DNA of 64,000 nt from Nemertoderma westbladi (lineage: Eukaryota > Animalia > Xenacoelomorpha): assembly GCA_032718475.1 (NCBI GenBank), contig JAUCBJ010007028.1:1-64000 (forward strand), given 5' to 3'. A program made the translations under genes and the position numbers. Below are positions 11,535 through 24,410 of the stretch, piece by piece (within the stretch, counting starts at the first letter, position 1; each line of letters opens with the position of its first letter). The notes under the pieces are model-generated. The model ran no database searches and was not told the origin of the DNA. It was given only the letters and a program-made list of their open reading frames with translations.

Positions 11535-12570
11535 CTTGTCCTTCTCTCCAGCAAATGAACCCTTATACTTCCCTTCAGCTGATGCACTCTTGTCCCTCTC
11601 TCCAGCTGATAAACCCTTGTCCTTCTCTTCAGCTGATAAACCCTCGTCCCTCTCTCCAGCTGATGAACCCTTGCCCTTCTCTCCGGGTGATGAAGCCTTG
11701 TCATTCTTTTCAGCTGATAAACCCTTGTACTTCTCTCCAGCTGATGAACCCTTGTCCTCCTCTCCAGCTGATGAACCCTTGTCCTTCTCTCCGGGTGATA
11801 AACCCTTGTCCTTCTCTTCAGCTGATGAAGCCTTGTCGTTCTCTTCAGCTGATGAACCCTTGTCCTTCTCTCCAGCTGATGAACTCGTGTCCTTCTGTCC
11901 AGCTGATGAACCCCTGCCCTTCTCTCCAGCTGATGAACCCTTGTCCTTCTCTTCAGCTGGTGAAGCCTTGTTATTCTCTCCAGCTGATGAACCCTTGTCC
12001 TTCTCTCCAGCTGATGAACTCTTGTCCTTCTCTTCAGCTAATGAAGCCCTGTCATTCTTTTCAGCTGATGAACCCATGTCTTTCTCTTCAGCTGATGAAC
12101 CCATGTCATTCTCTCAAGCTTATGAACTCGTGTCCTTCTCTCCAGCTGATGAACCCCTGTCCTTCTCTCCAGCTGATGAACCCTTGTCCTTCTCTCCAGC
12201 TGATGAACCCTTGTCATCTATTCAGCTGATGAAGCCTTGTCATTCTTTTCCTCTGATCAACCCTTGTCCTTCTCTTCAGCTGATGAACCCTTGTCCTTCT
12301 CTCCAGCTGAGGAACACTTGTCATTCTCTCCAGCTGATGAACCCTTGTTCTTCTCTTCAGCTGATGAAGCCTTGTCATTCTTTTCAGCTGATGAACCCTT
12401 GTCCTTCTCTCCAGCTGATGAACCCTTGTCTTTCTCTCCGGGTGATGAACCCTTGTCCTTCTCTCCAGCTGATGAAACATTGTCCTTCTCTCCGGGTGAT
12501 GAACCCTTGTCCTTTTCTCCAGCTGATGAAACATTGTCCTTATCCCCAGTTGTTGAAGCCTTGTCCTTCC
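11535..12570. repeat. 27-bp minisatellite, ~38 units (minus strand encodes SSAGEKDKG-like 9-mers)
   Basis: Consensus ccagctgatgaacccttgtccttctct. One 26-bp unit near 12215 shifts the frame. Confidence 0.95.
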
Positions 12571-13200
12571 CCCCCTTACCCTCGTCCATCTCACTACTCC
12601 TGCCGCTTTCTAAATCGTCACTATTTATACTGTCTACTTCTTGCGTCTCCTCATCTATCCCTCTCACCCTACTCACATCCAGATTAACCACATTGGCTGC
12701 CCTCAACCCCGCACGCTTGGGGGCGACTCCTCCCGTCTCTTTACAGACCACGGCTTCCCTCAGCAACCCGGCCAGATCTATCTCGAACTCTGTGTCGTCG
12801 CGTCTCAGACACATATCTTGCTCCAACTTCAGCTTACCATCGGCTATCGACTTGATCCCTTCCTCTATGGTACCTTTACTAACTAATTTAATGACTTCGA
12901 CTTCCTTATTTTGACCCACTCGATAGCATCGGTCCTCAGCCTGTTTGTCGTTGAAAGGGTTGAAGTCTAAGTCGTGGAGGATTACAGTATCTGCTGCAGT
13001 AAGGTTGATGCCAAGACCTCCAGCGCGCGTCGAGATCAGGAATATAAAGAGTTTATCATCTGTATTAAAGTCGTCGATCATAGACTGTCTGTCAAGTACC
13101 GGAGTGGAGCCATCCAGTCTGAGGTACCGGAAACTGCGGTGCTGTAATTACGGCTCCACTATGTCTATGATGATGACGAACTGATTGAATATCAACACGA
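12257..13200 (-). pseudogene. SMARCAD1: SMARCAD1/Fun30-type SNF2 helicase C-terminal fragment, in frame with the minisatellite
   Basis: VLIFNQF...[14 protein letters not shown]...[44 protein letters not shown]. In-frame TAA at ~13146. The 5' part is absent and the fragment abuts a transposon TIR at 13201. Confidence 0.8.
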
Positions 13201-13749
13201 CACTGCAAACAATTTAACGTTCATGTAACGTTATTCAACACTCATTTTCTAACAAATGAACGTTAGTATTCAACGTTGCATACTGTTGAATTATCGTTGG
13301 TTTTGCTGCAGTATGAATGTTATTTTTCAACGTTGCATACTGTTGAATTATCGTTGGTTTGGCCGCAGTTCCAACTTTAAAAAATTTCTTAAACCTAACT
13401 AAACTGAAGGTTATTCGTAAAAAATGTCGTTGTTGATGGTACAGTATAATCCAAACTTAGTATTTTTACATTTGAAACCACATATTCTATCTTTTAATAT
13501 CAATTAACCAAAATTGTAATATAGTAATCAAGTAAGTAATAATCAAACGAATGCTGAATTAAGTAGGCCTAATGTTAAAGTGTTTTTACTGTGTATTTAC
13601 TTCAAGTCTTTACTTACTGTATATAGTAGGCCTGCTAGTGTACTTCTGTACATAAGATTACAGTGCGAGCTGCGAGCTACAGTATAATATAATTTGGCTA
13701 TAAGAAAGGCACATTGAGTATGAAGTACTCAATCCTCGTCTTCTCTCTT

Positions 13750-14891
13750 CTACTCTTCCTCGTCTCCCTCCACACCATCATCGATTTCCACGGCAGCCAT
13801 AGGAGGCATTGATAACCTCTCTTCCTCAACTCCAATGTCCTTGCCCTTCTCCTCTGCTTTTCTTGTTTTCTTTTCTTGTTTTCTTCCAGATAAACTGCAA
13901 TAGAATAAATAAATATTATAAAATACCGGTGTCTGTAAATTTTTATACAATAAGAGATCGAGATTTGTCCCGAATTACATGAGTGTAGACAGAAAGACAT
14001 ACTAGATTCCGTCAAACATGAAAACTGACATCGGAAATGAAATCACCGACCCGGAAAACCCCCAAGGTAAAACTATTAGCAAATTAGTGTGCTTTTGTTA
14101 TGTTCTACAACCTAAAGTAGAAAAGATGGACAAACAGACAGTCGGACAGACCGACATAACATTTTAAGAAGTGAAGTTACGTTTCTGAAAATCTGGCAGC
14201 TGAAAAGGGGGTAAAATTTTGATCTAGAAATATTATGTGACCTTTCTACAGCAACCGCCACATATAATGTTAAATTAATAAATTATTATAATAAAATTTC
14301 AGAAGTAGAAGTGATACAGAAAATTGACTTACTAGTTAACGCCTCCGTATCTATTAGGGGCCTGTCGGAAAAATACTGAAATGGCCCCATCGGCAGCCGT
14401 TTCCGTAAAACGTCCATCTTTCAGCAGCGCACCTATGAACCAGTGAAATGAATAAAACAATTATCATGATAATTTTTTACGTTTGGTATCTTATCCTACA
14501 CTGTATTTATAACTGAATGTTGGGAGGTGAGTCTTAGCATGTCGGACATTAGTGGACCGTCTGCGGTCGTCGTTGTAGTTGGTAATTTTTGACACTAATA
14601 AGTCAGTTAATCTTTGATGAAATGGAACGCAACCAGATACAGATATAGCCTATCAAAAATTAACACAGGTATGTATGCTACTACACATTTATATAGTTCC
14701 TCATCAGTCGGTACACTAATGATACATGCTAAAGCTCACCTAGCCTATTGCTGCGCGAAGGCCCCACCTTCACGAAACACGAGGTTGTAAATACACGTCT
14801 TTTCTGCAATTATTAATTTATTGTGGGGCGAGTCAAAAATGCGAGCCATCAGCGAACTGTTATAATTATACTATGGCCGTTTTTCAAAAGT

Positions 14892-14928
<37 letters not shown>

Positions 14929-17900
14929 GGAAGCCAATATCCAATAATATTAATATATATAACTAGCCATAGTATAAGGATAATTGTTCGCTGAAATGGC
15001 TTGCATTTTTGCTGCACGAAGGCCACACAACGTGTTGTACTGTATTAAATACAGTTATATCTTTCTTTTTCAATTTTGCGCCTAGAACACAGTATATAGG
15101 GCGCCTTATAAATATTTTTAATATTAATAATATTATAGGCCCTATAAGTAAAATGTTCTTACGTTTAAAACAGGCCAACAGACGTGGGCATGAATCCTCA
15201 AAGGATTCTTTGGTGCTCCGACGCCCAGTCTTCGAAAATCTTTGGGCCACAGTATTGGATAATAACGAGTTTCCTATATTTGTGGCGGCCTTAGTCACGT
15301 CGGTAGCATACGTTCTATCGGATATTTCTGCTATCTGAAAAATAAAAATAACGTGCCAGTTTAATAAATCTAACTAGAAGGCTGAAGAAGGTAAAAGAAA
15401 GTAAACATATAAATTTATTAGCGCTATGATTTAAAATATAAAATATAACATTTAACCCAAGTACACCTGACCGGGTCAAAAGTGACCCGAAGGACTTTGT
15501 TTCCACGGATTGCGCCACTTGTAATAGGGGCTGGGGCTCCGAGCTTCTATGACTTTGTTTATATCCTTATTGCCTACAAACGTGCCAAAAAGTAGTGTGT
15601 GGGGTTTATTCGTTATTTTTTTATTTCGAAACAAAAATTTTGCGAACGGGAACACCTGACCGGGTCATTTTTGACCCATACTTTAGTTATTCAATTAATG
15701 TTACAGTAATATAGACCTAAGCTGTGGGTAGGTACCGAATAATATTATGTAGGCTGAGACACGAAGCCAGGGAACCATAACATACTATTAAGTCTTGTCA
15801 GACAGGATTTGCCCGTCTGTCTGCTCTACAGTCAAAGCCCCAGATTGAGCACAGACTGCTCCTGACGGCGAAAGCAATATCCTGGTAATCGGAGGCGGCT
15901 CTGTTCAAGTATCAAGCTTGAGGGGACCAATGAGATACCTTCAAATTTGCATAGGGTCTGATGAGCATATGACCGTCTTAGAGCCCAGTATATGGACTCC
16001 CATATAGGAGTACTGGTTCTCCCGTGGCTAAAAAAGGTCAGGTGTACATGGGTTAAAATAGTTACTGTACTAACTGTGGCTTTATATAAGTTTCTCCTCT
16101 CTAGAGCCTTCTCCCATTTCCGTAGCTCATCCACACATTGCACAGGCAATGTTGACGGACCAGTTGGTTCATGTTTTTGCAACTTGTATTTTTCTAAAAT
16201 TTCTCTCATGAAACTAAGCTCCCTCTCCATCGCAGATAAACGAGCTGAGGTATTTCTCTCCCATTCTAGAACATTATGATTATATGCATTATGCAGTCAA
16301 TGTCCTTAAATAATTTCAAATTTCATGCTTGAAAAGATCTTGACTGACTGTGTTTTTGTTGTCTATCTGTCCTTACTCGTTATGTCTGTCTGTCAAAAAT
16401 ATAGAAGGATATTAGCCGAATATTAGGATATTAGAAGGATATTAAGACAGACATATATACATAAATTCATGGATCTGTAATTTGTACCTATTTCGGTTTA
16501 AATTTTCAAATAGCAACGGGAAATATTATTGGGAATTATTCTGGTTATTTCGGGGGTTTTGCCATTAAAAAGGGTGGCTTTCTCAGAAGATAAAGCTTTA
16601 GGGTAAAAAGTTGGAAAATGAGAAATGACACACAAGCAATGATATTATACAAACTATGAAAGAAATTGTATTGAGTTTCATTGTATTTGCTTATGTTTAA
16701 ATCCGAATTGAAAACGGTCGGAACCGGATTTTTTTCTCAAAATCCGGCCGGATATCCGGCACACCCCTAACATAAATTATATACCTGTTTCTCCGCTCCG
16801 CATTCCTATTGGTCGAGAACGGTTCGATTCTTTTAACACAAACTCAATATCGGATGTTGGGCGTGAGGATTGACTGGGATTACCGGTACTCAAAGTTGGA
16901 GTGTCGACTTGGAGTGGGTAGGTTGTTGTTGTAGTTGGGTGCGTAAAACCTTTATGGGTATAATTGGGAGGATTAATTAATTTGAATTAATCAAACATGG
17001 AATGGAAACTGACATAAATCAGCGACCACCAGAAAAGCCCTTCAATTTCAATCGGCCCAACCTTCCAAGGGTTAAGAATCAGTTAATAATTTGACAGTAG
17101 GTAGGGTCTAAAATGAACATAGTACATAAATTATATACCTGTTTCTCCGCTCCGCATTCCTATTGGTCGAGAACTGTTCGATTCTTTTCCCACAAACTCA
17201 ATATCGGATGTTGGGCGTGGGGATTGACTGGGATTACTCAAAGTTGGAGTGTCGACCTGGAGTGGGTAGGTTGTTGTTGTAGTTGGGTGCGTAAAGCCCT
17301 CATAATTGGGAGGATTAACGGGATAGTCAGGTAAACTTAGAACCACAGATACTGGTGCTGCCGGTGGCGTTATACCCGTTTTTGGTCTCTTAGTAGCGGA
17401 ACAATCATTGTCAGGATCAGAGTATCCCGGATAGTCCCTGAAATATGTTATTAATAATACTTTAAAGGACCAGTAGGACCCAGATAGGGGGGGACTTTAG
17501 ACGCAATCAAATTTCATCCCTCTCCAGGGGAAAATGGATGCTAATAACAGCTGATTACTCTCAAAAATAAAACTGTAACCTGTTCTATTGACTTTCGTTT
17601 ATTGTTTTGGTTAGAATAACGTGCTACTGTAACCTGCTCCTTTCCCTAAATAGATAATTTAACATTGAGGCGAGATAAGAATTCGCCGAGGCGAATCTGC
17701 GTCCAGTTCCCCCCCCCCCCCCCCCCCCCCTGTCTCGTAGGACCAGTAAAGGACACCGGTACTGTAAGAAAGACAGCAAGACCATTTTAATGTCAGGTCT
17801 TTTTTTATTATTTTTTTAACTGAACATGTGATATTATAGTGAACTTCACTTTGACTTTACTCGCCACTATACTAATGAAGCAACGATTGTATGGATAATA

Positions 17901-18474
17901 TAAATGCATGTATCACAACATTATAGTGTCCTAGTCCTATAATGTATTACTCCTCCGAAATAAATAATAAAATGAAAACACAAATTAAATTTAAATCCGC
18001 TTACAAGTTGCGTGGACAAGTTTTCCGTTTTCCCCTTCCTCTTTCCTCTTCCACTTCTGACAGTACATTATCGGTGTCGTACTTAGTGGCGCGAACACAA
18101 CGTTCTTCCACATCATTAAATGCTCCTAATCTGGATTGTATCGTATAAATTTATGAATATCACTTGAATTGTAAAAGTTATTTTAATTAGTATTTAGTAT
18201 TTAATTTAATAATATTATACATTTAATTAGTATTTAGGTATTTAAATTGTAATAGTTACCATGACCTACCTTTGTATATTATCTCCACTATTAGGGGCGG
18301 CCAACTATCATCCGCCGATAAACCGTTTTTCCTCATCCTCTCGAATTGCGAGGCACTTATATTCGAATCAAATGCTGGATAGCGGCAATAAATTTCTTCG
18401 CCCGATACAAAAGTCCAGTGTTCGGGAACATTCTGATAAGTATGGTCAAAGAACTTGACGAGAGTAAATAACAT
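13750..18474 (-). CDS. 7-exon DUF4806-like accessory protein of the EnSpm element (410 aa); exons 18474-18270, 18125-18005, 17437-17139, 16265-16075, 15334-15163, 14432-14333, 13894-13750
   Basis: All six introns are GT-AG with matching phases, giving 1233 nt with no internal stop. N-terminal FTLVKF...VPEHW...CRYP...W and C-terminal LPVQCVDELRKWE...FSKTGR...FFRQAPNRYGG resemble DUF4806 proteins. Confidence 0.8.
14895..14927. repeat. (TG)n microsatellite
   Basis: Direct read. Confidence 0.95.
15456..16052. mobile_element. piggyBac-type non-autonomous element (MITE) in an intron, carrying an RTE fragment (~15840-15990)
   Basis: TTAA on both sides; TIR CCCAAGTACACCTGACC / GGTCAGGTGTACATGGG. 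The internal minus-strand peptide SLVPSSLILEQSRLRLPGYCFRRQEQ matches the RTE at 25170-25478. Confidence 0.85.
16770..16977. repeat. Direct duplication of the 3' part of DUF4806 exon 3 (17125-17318)
   Basis: cataaattatatacctgtttctccgctccgcattcc... occurs twice; the copy has small indels. Confidence 0.9.
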
Positions 18475-18527
18475 TTTAACTAAAGAATAACTCAAGTACC
18501 TCAAGTAGTAACTCAAGTACCGGTATT

Positions 18528-20801
18528 TCAAGCTTTAACCTGAATACAGAATTGTTCATCGTTGTAGGTAAGAAAGATGCACTTTTTCGATATTGATGAA
18601 AAGGCATGGAAATGTAGATTGGGTGATAGTTGCGAAACTTTCGCGATGCCTAGATTAAGTGAGGAACAAGGGTATTGGTAAACAGGTTCAACTTTTTTAA
18701 AGTAAGCACACAAAATACCCATTTCCAAGTCTCTGTCCTGGTTAGCATATTTCACAATATTTTTTATTAAGGCGTATGTTCCATTAGATAATCGTACAGA
18801 GTTGTCGGGTTTTCTAATTTGAAACCTCAATGAAGCTACAGTATCTACTGCTTCTTGATATTGATAAATAATTACATTGCTGGAACAAGTAACAATAGGG
18901 CCATTACTATGAGGTTTTTTTAAATTAATTCGATCACCAGACGGTCCAGTAGCTTTCGATTGAATATCTTTATCCTGTGTCGACATCTCATGCAGTCGTC
19001 TGACGATTTGAGTAAGGACATTTTTACCCCCAGAAATTTTGTTCTTCAAAATTTGTAAATAATTTTCGAAGTCAAAGCAGGAATAGCGTTCTAAGTTTCC
19101 ATACAACTGTACATCACTCGTGAGGTGAATCAATGAATGCACATTGTATGTTACTGTTGATTTGCCATATATTTTCGAATAGTCATCAACAAAAAAATGT
19201 AGCAATTTGTCACAGTAGCCAATAATGTGAGGTTCATTATAATCACACTCATGACTAAAAACAATCGATGAGCCAGTGTTAAACTTGCCTGCAGCTGACA
19301 ACAATGAGAAGCTGACGTGCAATAAAATAAGGTTATTGTACTGGTCGGTAGGTATAATTTTTCTGCATACAATCGGTGCTAAATATAAAATAAATGTGCG
19401 AAATTCAGTTGCTTTCCAGTATTTTACTTGACTCAGACCTCTAGGTTTGCGACAAAATTCTGATGGAATACTTGATTGAGATTCTTCAATGACCTGTGAC
19501 ATGGCTCGTTGATCACTTATTCGAATTTTTCCTCGAAGCCTATTCCCATCTTTTTCATTCAGCTTATAACCCATCCACAGATACAAAATCCGACGAACGA
19601 TTCCAAGGTAACACAAATGCATTGGATCTAAGGGGAATTGGGAAACCATCCCAATTTCGGGAATTATATGAGTAAGGTACGAAGTTGCCTTATGGTGATC
19701 TGGCTGGGATAAACTCGCAAATAATTCATCTGTGCGTAGCGGTTGCGATAAATCTAAAAACACTTGAGTGCCATTTACTCTCTCGCCCTTTGTAACGCAT
19801 TTCTCACATCCATAATAGCCAGAATGTGATTTAATACATTTCAGATAAGAGCGTGCGGGTGCATCACAAGCAAAAAATGCTACGCGAATTGAATAACTTT
19901 GACCACAAAAAGTAAGTCCAGAACTATTCAAGGTAGTGACATCCTTAACAAAATCAGATAAGAAATCATCCAAACTTTCCGGTTTGGAATTACCACAAAA
20001 TATGCCGACTGGTTTGCAACAGGAATCTACAATGTTCAAAATTTTGACTAAAATGGGCCAAAATTGTTGTTGACTTGAGTGAAAGAGCGGAATTCCGTCA
20101 ATCCCAAAAACTAGCTCAAGTTCTTTTAAACTAGAATCCACGTCAGATACTTGACATATGGAAAGAACCGCATTTCGCAATCCAAAATGATAATATTTAC
20201 CACTTCCAATGGTTTTATGGGGTATAAGTTCGGTGGGTGTTCCTAATAATGTTCGACAATCTAAGGGCAAATTGAATTGAGGACAATGAGAACGAAAGAT
20301 TTTAAGAAGTTTGTTTACAGAAGCTTGAGGTATATGTTCAACAATTGCCCACTGTGTGACATCCGATTTAAATGAAGCAGTTGGGGGTTCAAAATTATCA
20401 GTTAAACAAATATCAGAAGGGCACATGTCGGCATCGTAATCATATGAATCTGGCTCAATGTCACAAAATGCCTGCGCCTGATCATCCCCAAAAAGAACTG
20501 AAAGATCGGATTCTGAATCACTATGATTTTGGGGTTGGATTTGATCACAATGTGAAAAAAGATCATCATCAACAGTATCATGCTGATATTGAGAATGTTC
20601 ACGTGGAGATTCCTGTATCGGCAACGCTAGACATAAGTTTGGATTAAAAATACCAGAATTCATCTTAGATTTATAAATCGCAGTTTGTGAATCAAAGGAA
20701 TCAGAATCAGAATCAAATTCTAACGCCCGTAACTCCCTAGCCAATCTCCGACGCTTGCTTCTTTTGCTTGAGCCAGTGAATACTGGCAATCTCCCATCCA
20801 T
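18528..20801 (-). CDS. EnSpm/Mirage-like (CMC) DDE transposase, uninterrupted 757 aa
   Basis: GIDGIPLF..S...FWPI, CDAPAR...HSGYYGCEKC, FPLDPMH...LG, WKATEFR.F.LY, YNVH.LIHL and YG.L...SCF.FEN motifs. Confidence 0.9.
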   Translation of the reverse strand: MDGRLPVFTGSSKRSKRRRLARELRALEFDSDSDSFDSQTAIYKSKMNSGIFNPNLCLALPIQESPREHSQYQHDTVDDDLFSHCDQIQPQNHSDSESDLSVLFGDDQAQAFCDIEPDSYDYDADMCPSDICLTDNFEPPTASFKSDVTQWAIVEHIPQASVNKLLKIFRSHCPQFNLPLDCRTLLGTPTELIPHKTIGSGKYYHFGLRNAVLSICQVSDVDSSLKELELVFGIDGIPLFHSSQQQFWPILVKILNIVDSCCKPVGIFCGNSKPESLDDFLSDFVKDVTTLNSSGLTFCGQSYSIRVAFFACDAPARSYLKCIKSHSGYYGCEKCVTKGERVNGTQVFLDLSQPLRTDELFASLSQPDHHKATSYLTHIIPEIGMVSQFPLDPMHLCYLGIVRRILYLWMGYKLNEKDGNRLRGKIRISDQRAMSQVIEESQSSIPSEFCRKPRGLSQVKYWKATEFRTFILYLAPIVCRKIIPTDQYNNLILLHVSFSLLSAAGKFNTGSSIVFSHECDYNEPHIIGYCDKLLHFFVDDYSKIYGKSTVTYNVHSLIHLTSDVQLYGNLERYSCFDFENYLQILKNKISGGKNVLTQIVRRLHEMSTQDKDIQSKATGPSGDRINLKKPHSNGPIVTCSSNVIIYQYQEAVDTVASLRFQIRKPDNSVRLSNGTYALIKNIVKYANQDRDLEMGILCAYFKKVEPVYQYPCSSLNLGIAKVSQLSPNLHFHAFSSISKKCIFLTYNDEQFCIQVKA

Positions 20802-23545
20802 TGTTTTGTTTATTTAAGTAGGCCCTACAACTAGCCTAATGTACCATAGTAAATTTATTAATGGACACCTACGGTCGGTACCGTACATAGATGGATTCGA
20901 ATTAATCTAACCAAAACAATAAATGAGAGTCAATAGCATATGTTACTGTTTATTTTTGTTCTACCAACTTGTTCCCTTCAGCTGTTAGTACCTCTGAAAA
21001 ATGAAAATAAACAAACAAGAAGCATTTTAGACTACCTGCAATGGTATGCGTAATTGTTTCTGCTAATGCTTTAATACTTTCAGTTTTCTGTCTGTCTGTC
21101 TTAGTAGGATAGGCGGATAGGCCTACCTGTTGTAGCATACTGACTGATGCATTTTACAATCACCCAAGATCAGAAAATAGGCCTGGTACGGTACCGGTAT
21201 TTTTTTAAAAAATTTTATGTCCCAAATTTTCCGATCTTGTCCCACATTTCGTGCATTTCCCTTATCCCGAATTTCCCCAGTTTACCCTAGGCAGATTGGC
21301 CTATTCTGTATGGTACATTTCTGCATTTGAACTCTGGTCTATGCCTATCAGATAAAAAATTAATATTAGTATCATTAGAACCGGCTTAAAATTCTACTAA
21401 ATTAAGTGCTTGTACAATAAATTGGGTGCTCCTATGAAATAGTTACAACAGTACCGGTACCGGTATCATAAATACCGTTAGGCCTAGTAAGAATAGGCTA
21501 ATAACAAAACTGCCTCATTTCTAGCCAGTTGAAATCCAAACCAGCATCTGGCTGGTATTTCCATGAACTGGCTGGAAAAAAGTGTGATTTTATCTGGCTG
21601 GACAAAAACTTAATCTGGCTGACTGTACCTTACTGCCGTAGTACCGGTACTACTTCTGTCCTAGCTAAAAGTAGGCTATCCTTTAAAAAAAAAATGAGCA
21701 AAATTATGCCTGTCCGCTGTCTGTCTGAGCTCTGACATGACATAGGCCTACCGCTGAGCTGAACCGTATGAGCGTGCAACTGTACTGGTCTGCCGGTAGC
21801 TTAGGCTTACTGCTGTACTGGTACTGAGTCCGGCTGTCCGGGAAGTGCAGAAGTCAGAAGTGCAAGGCCAACTGCCTGCCGTAGCTGCTAGCTGTGTAGC
21901 CCTCTCGCCTACTGCTGTACTGCGCTACTGGCAGACTGGTGTAATGGTGCCGGTGTATCGGTACAGCGGTACCGGTAGTTTACTTCTGATCTGACTCAGG
22001 TCACAAACATTACCGGTACCAGAATGGTAACTAACATTACTGCATTTATGCTTACTGCTAGTACTGGTACCGGTACTACGGTAGGCTTCCCTGACTGACA
22101 ACTAAGCTAGGCCATCAGCGCAAAACCAGTACACAAACAGTATTTCATTGCAGCTCAGTAAACTGTACTGCTGTGTATATAGGGTACCTGACACTGACAT
22201 CCTGATGTTCCCGCCAAAATTATTAAACCAATCACAATTTAAGGAGTGCATGACATGTTTTCTGTGAATTTCCAACTTAAGTGTAACGTTCATCTATCGT
22301 TGAAATATTTAAAATTTTGATACGTTGTTTTCTAACTGAAAATCAACGGCAATATAACGTTTGATTAGAGGAAGTTTGAAAGCGTTATTTTTCAACTAAA
22401 CTATAACGCTAATTGAACGTTTGATTATAGTTGAGTTACTAATTGTTGATTTCCAACAAAATTGTAACGGTCATTAACGTTTGATTATTGTTAGTTTTGA
22501 CATTGTTAGATTTTAACGAAACTGAGACACAATTTTAACGTTAGTTTTACGTTGACTGTTTGCAGGGTATCAGTCAGTCAGTATGTCAGTCAATGTAATG
22601 TATCCTGGAGATTCTTACAGTAAGTATCCCGCTGTCAAGCGGGCTCCGTTTTTTTTTTGTTAAAATCTCTGGAAAATTCTGCATCTCATAGGCCTAATAA
22701 CTCAAAATCGACCTCTGGTGACATAAGGTCCCTTTTCTCGTGGCCAGCCACATATATATATACCCGTTTAATGGGTTTTGTTACAATATTTGAAATAAAT
22801 GTTATTATTTCTGAGAAGGAGTCACTGCACATAAGCTATACGCTCTCAGTGCAGTGCTACTTGTTGGACACTAAAACAAATAATTCTACTTGCCTAAGTT
22901 ACTTATTACTACAGATTACGTACAATTCGGGTGAGATTACAATCTCTAAATAAACACAAAAATTACACGTACGAATTTTTTAGGGTTAATTTTACTGGGA
23001 AACTACAAACCAGCCTAACAAAGGGTTAGAACATCTGGTTATTACAACGGACAGGATACTACGGTATTTGAGAATAATATAGCAGTAGTAAATATACTGC
23101 GTTGTCCAGATAGGAAAAATACCACCGTCTGACGACTTATAGCCGTATCGCTATAAGTACTACGTTATGTTTCATGGAGTGTTCCTACCTAGAAGTTAAT
23201 TACCGCGGCCTACCATAGCCAATGTGCCTATTAACCACTTTACAACACAAATATACTGCCTACACACTAATTACTTTCGGAAAGCACTGTACACTAAACC
23301 CTAAATTAGGTACAAGTACTTGTATAACAAATAACCAGCAGTTAAATATACTTGAACAGCTAAAAGAACCACGGTATATGCTGTAGTGACAGGAGCACAA
23401 AATCACCAGTCTTTACCTACGCCAAGCAGCCCTGATGTAGTACCGGGGTTAATTTAACTATAACGGTATGTATAAAAAGCACAATTACTGTAGGAATAAA
23501 CTTGGGGGTATGAATGTTGCGAATAATCGCATAAACTCTGAATAA

Positions 23546-24118
23546 TAAATATTACGCTATGCGTACAGACTACTCAAACAAAATACAGACTAAACGCTGG
23601 CAGACTACTATCAAGCCTAAACAAACTACAGTATATGCAGTCTTTGAAATATTTAGTTAGTATGCGTTCTAACCTAGTAGTACGACTTATTCTTTCGGGG
23701 GGGTTTACCTTACAACTCAAGATGCCCCTACGTTCCTAACTAGCACTTTATCGGACGTATACTCTACACACACGGCAGTCCCTTCAGACCTAACAACAGC
23801 CAGACAACAATCCAGCCTACAAATTATCCGAATAAGAAATATTACGCTACCCATACAGACTACACAAACAAAATACAGACCAAACGCTAGCAGACTACTA
23901 TCAAGCCTAAATAAACTACAGTATATGCAGTCTCCGAAATAGTTAGTTAGTATGCGTTCTAACCGAGTAGTACAACTTATTCTTTCAGGGGGATTTACCT
24001 TACAACTCAAGATGCCCCTACGTTCCTAACTAGCACTTTATCGGACAGATGCTCTACACACACTGCAATCTCTTCAGACTTAACAACAGTCAGACAACAA
24101 TCCAGCCTACAAATTATC
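23546..24118. repeat. Tandem duplication, 2 x ~290 bp
   Basis: attacgcta...tccagcctacaaattatc repeated at 23551 and 23841. Confidence 0.9.
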
Positions 24119-24410
24119 TATACAATCTGCGCAGGCTTACACGTCTTCTGCTCAATATTAACTTACAAGTAAATAAAACTGACAGAAATAGGCCTAAGTA
24201 AAATCCCCATAAAAACCAGGCGTCCCCGATTTAATATCAAGACCTACCGGTATATAATTATCAAAATCGAATAATACTGATGTACCTGTACAGTAAGTAA
24301 GTACCGGTTCGGGCAGTTGGGCCTACAGGCCTACAGCAGTACATGTTACCGTTCAACCGGTACTTTCGACTTTATTGCTTACGCCGCAATAAAGAAACTA
24401 TAACTGTTAT

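Larger units (their letters stand above)
13201..22567 (-). mobile_element. CMC/EnSpm (CACTA-like) DNA transposon, apparently complete
   Basis: TIRs CACTGCAAACA... (13201) and ...TGTTTGCAGGG (22567), with AACGTT-rich subterminal arrays at both ends. Contains a transposase and a second spliced gene. The TSD is imperfect (ga/ta). Confidence 0.85.

Noticed and set aside
11535-12570. 27-bp array as a CRISPR array or as tandem hammerheads (CTGATGA in most units)
   Set aside because: The units are contiguous with no unique spacers, there are no cas genes and the context is eukaryotic. No stem II + GAAA follows CTGATGA.
11518-12914. Long plus-strand ORFs (389, 224 and 225 aa)
   Set aside because: They are by-products of a stop-free 27-bp repeat; the homologous protein is on the minus strand.
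21700-22250. GTACCGGTAC/TAGGCCTA-rich stretch as a regulatory array
   Set aside because: These short palindromes are scattered throughout the window without fixed spacing and appear to be compositional background.
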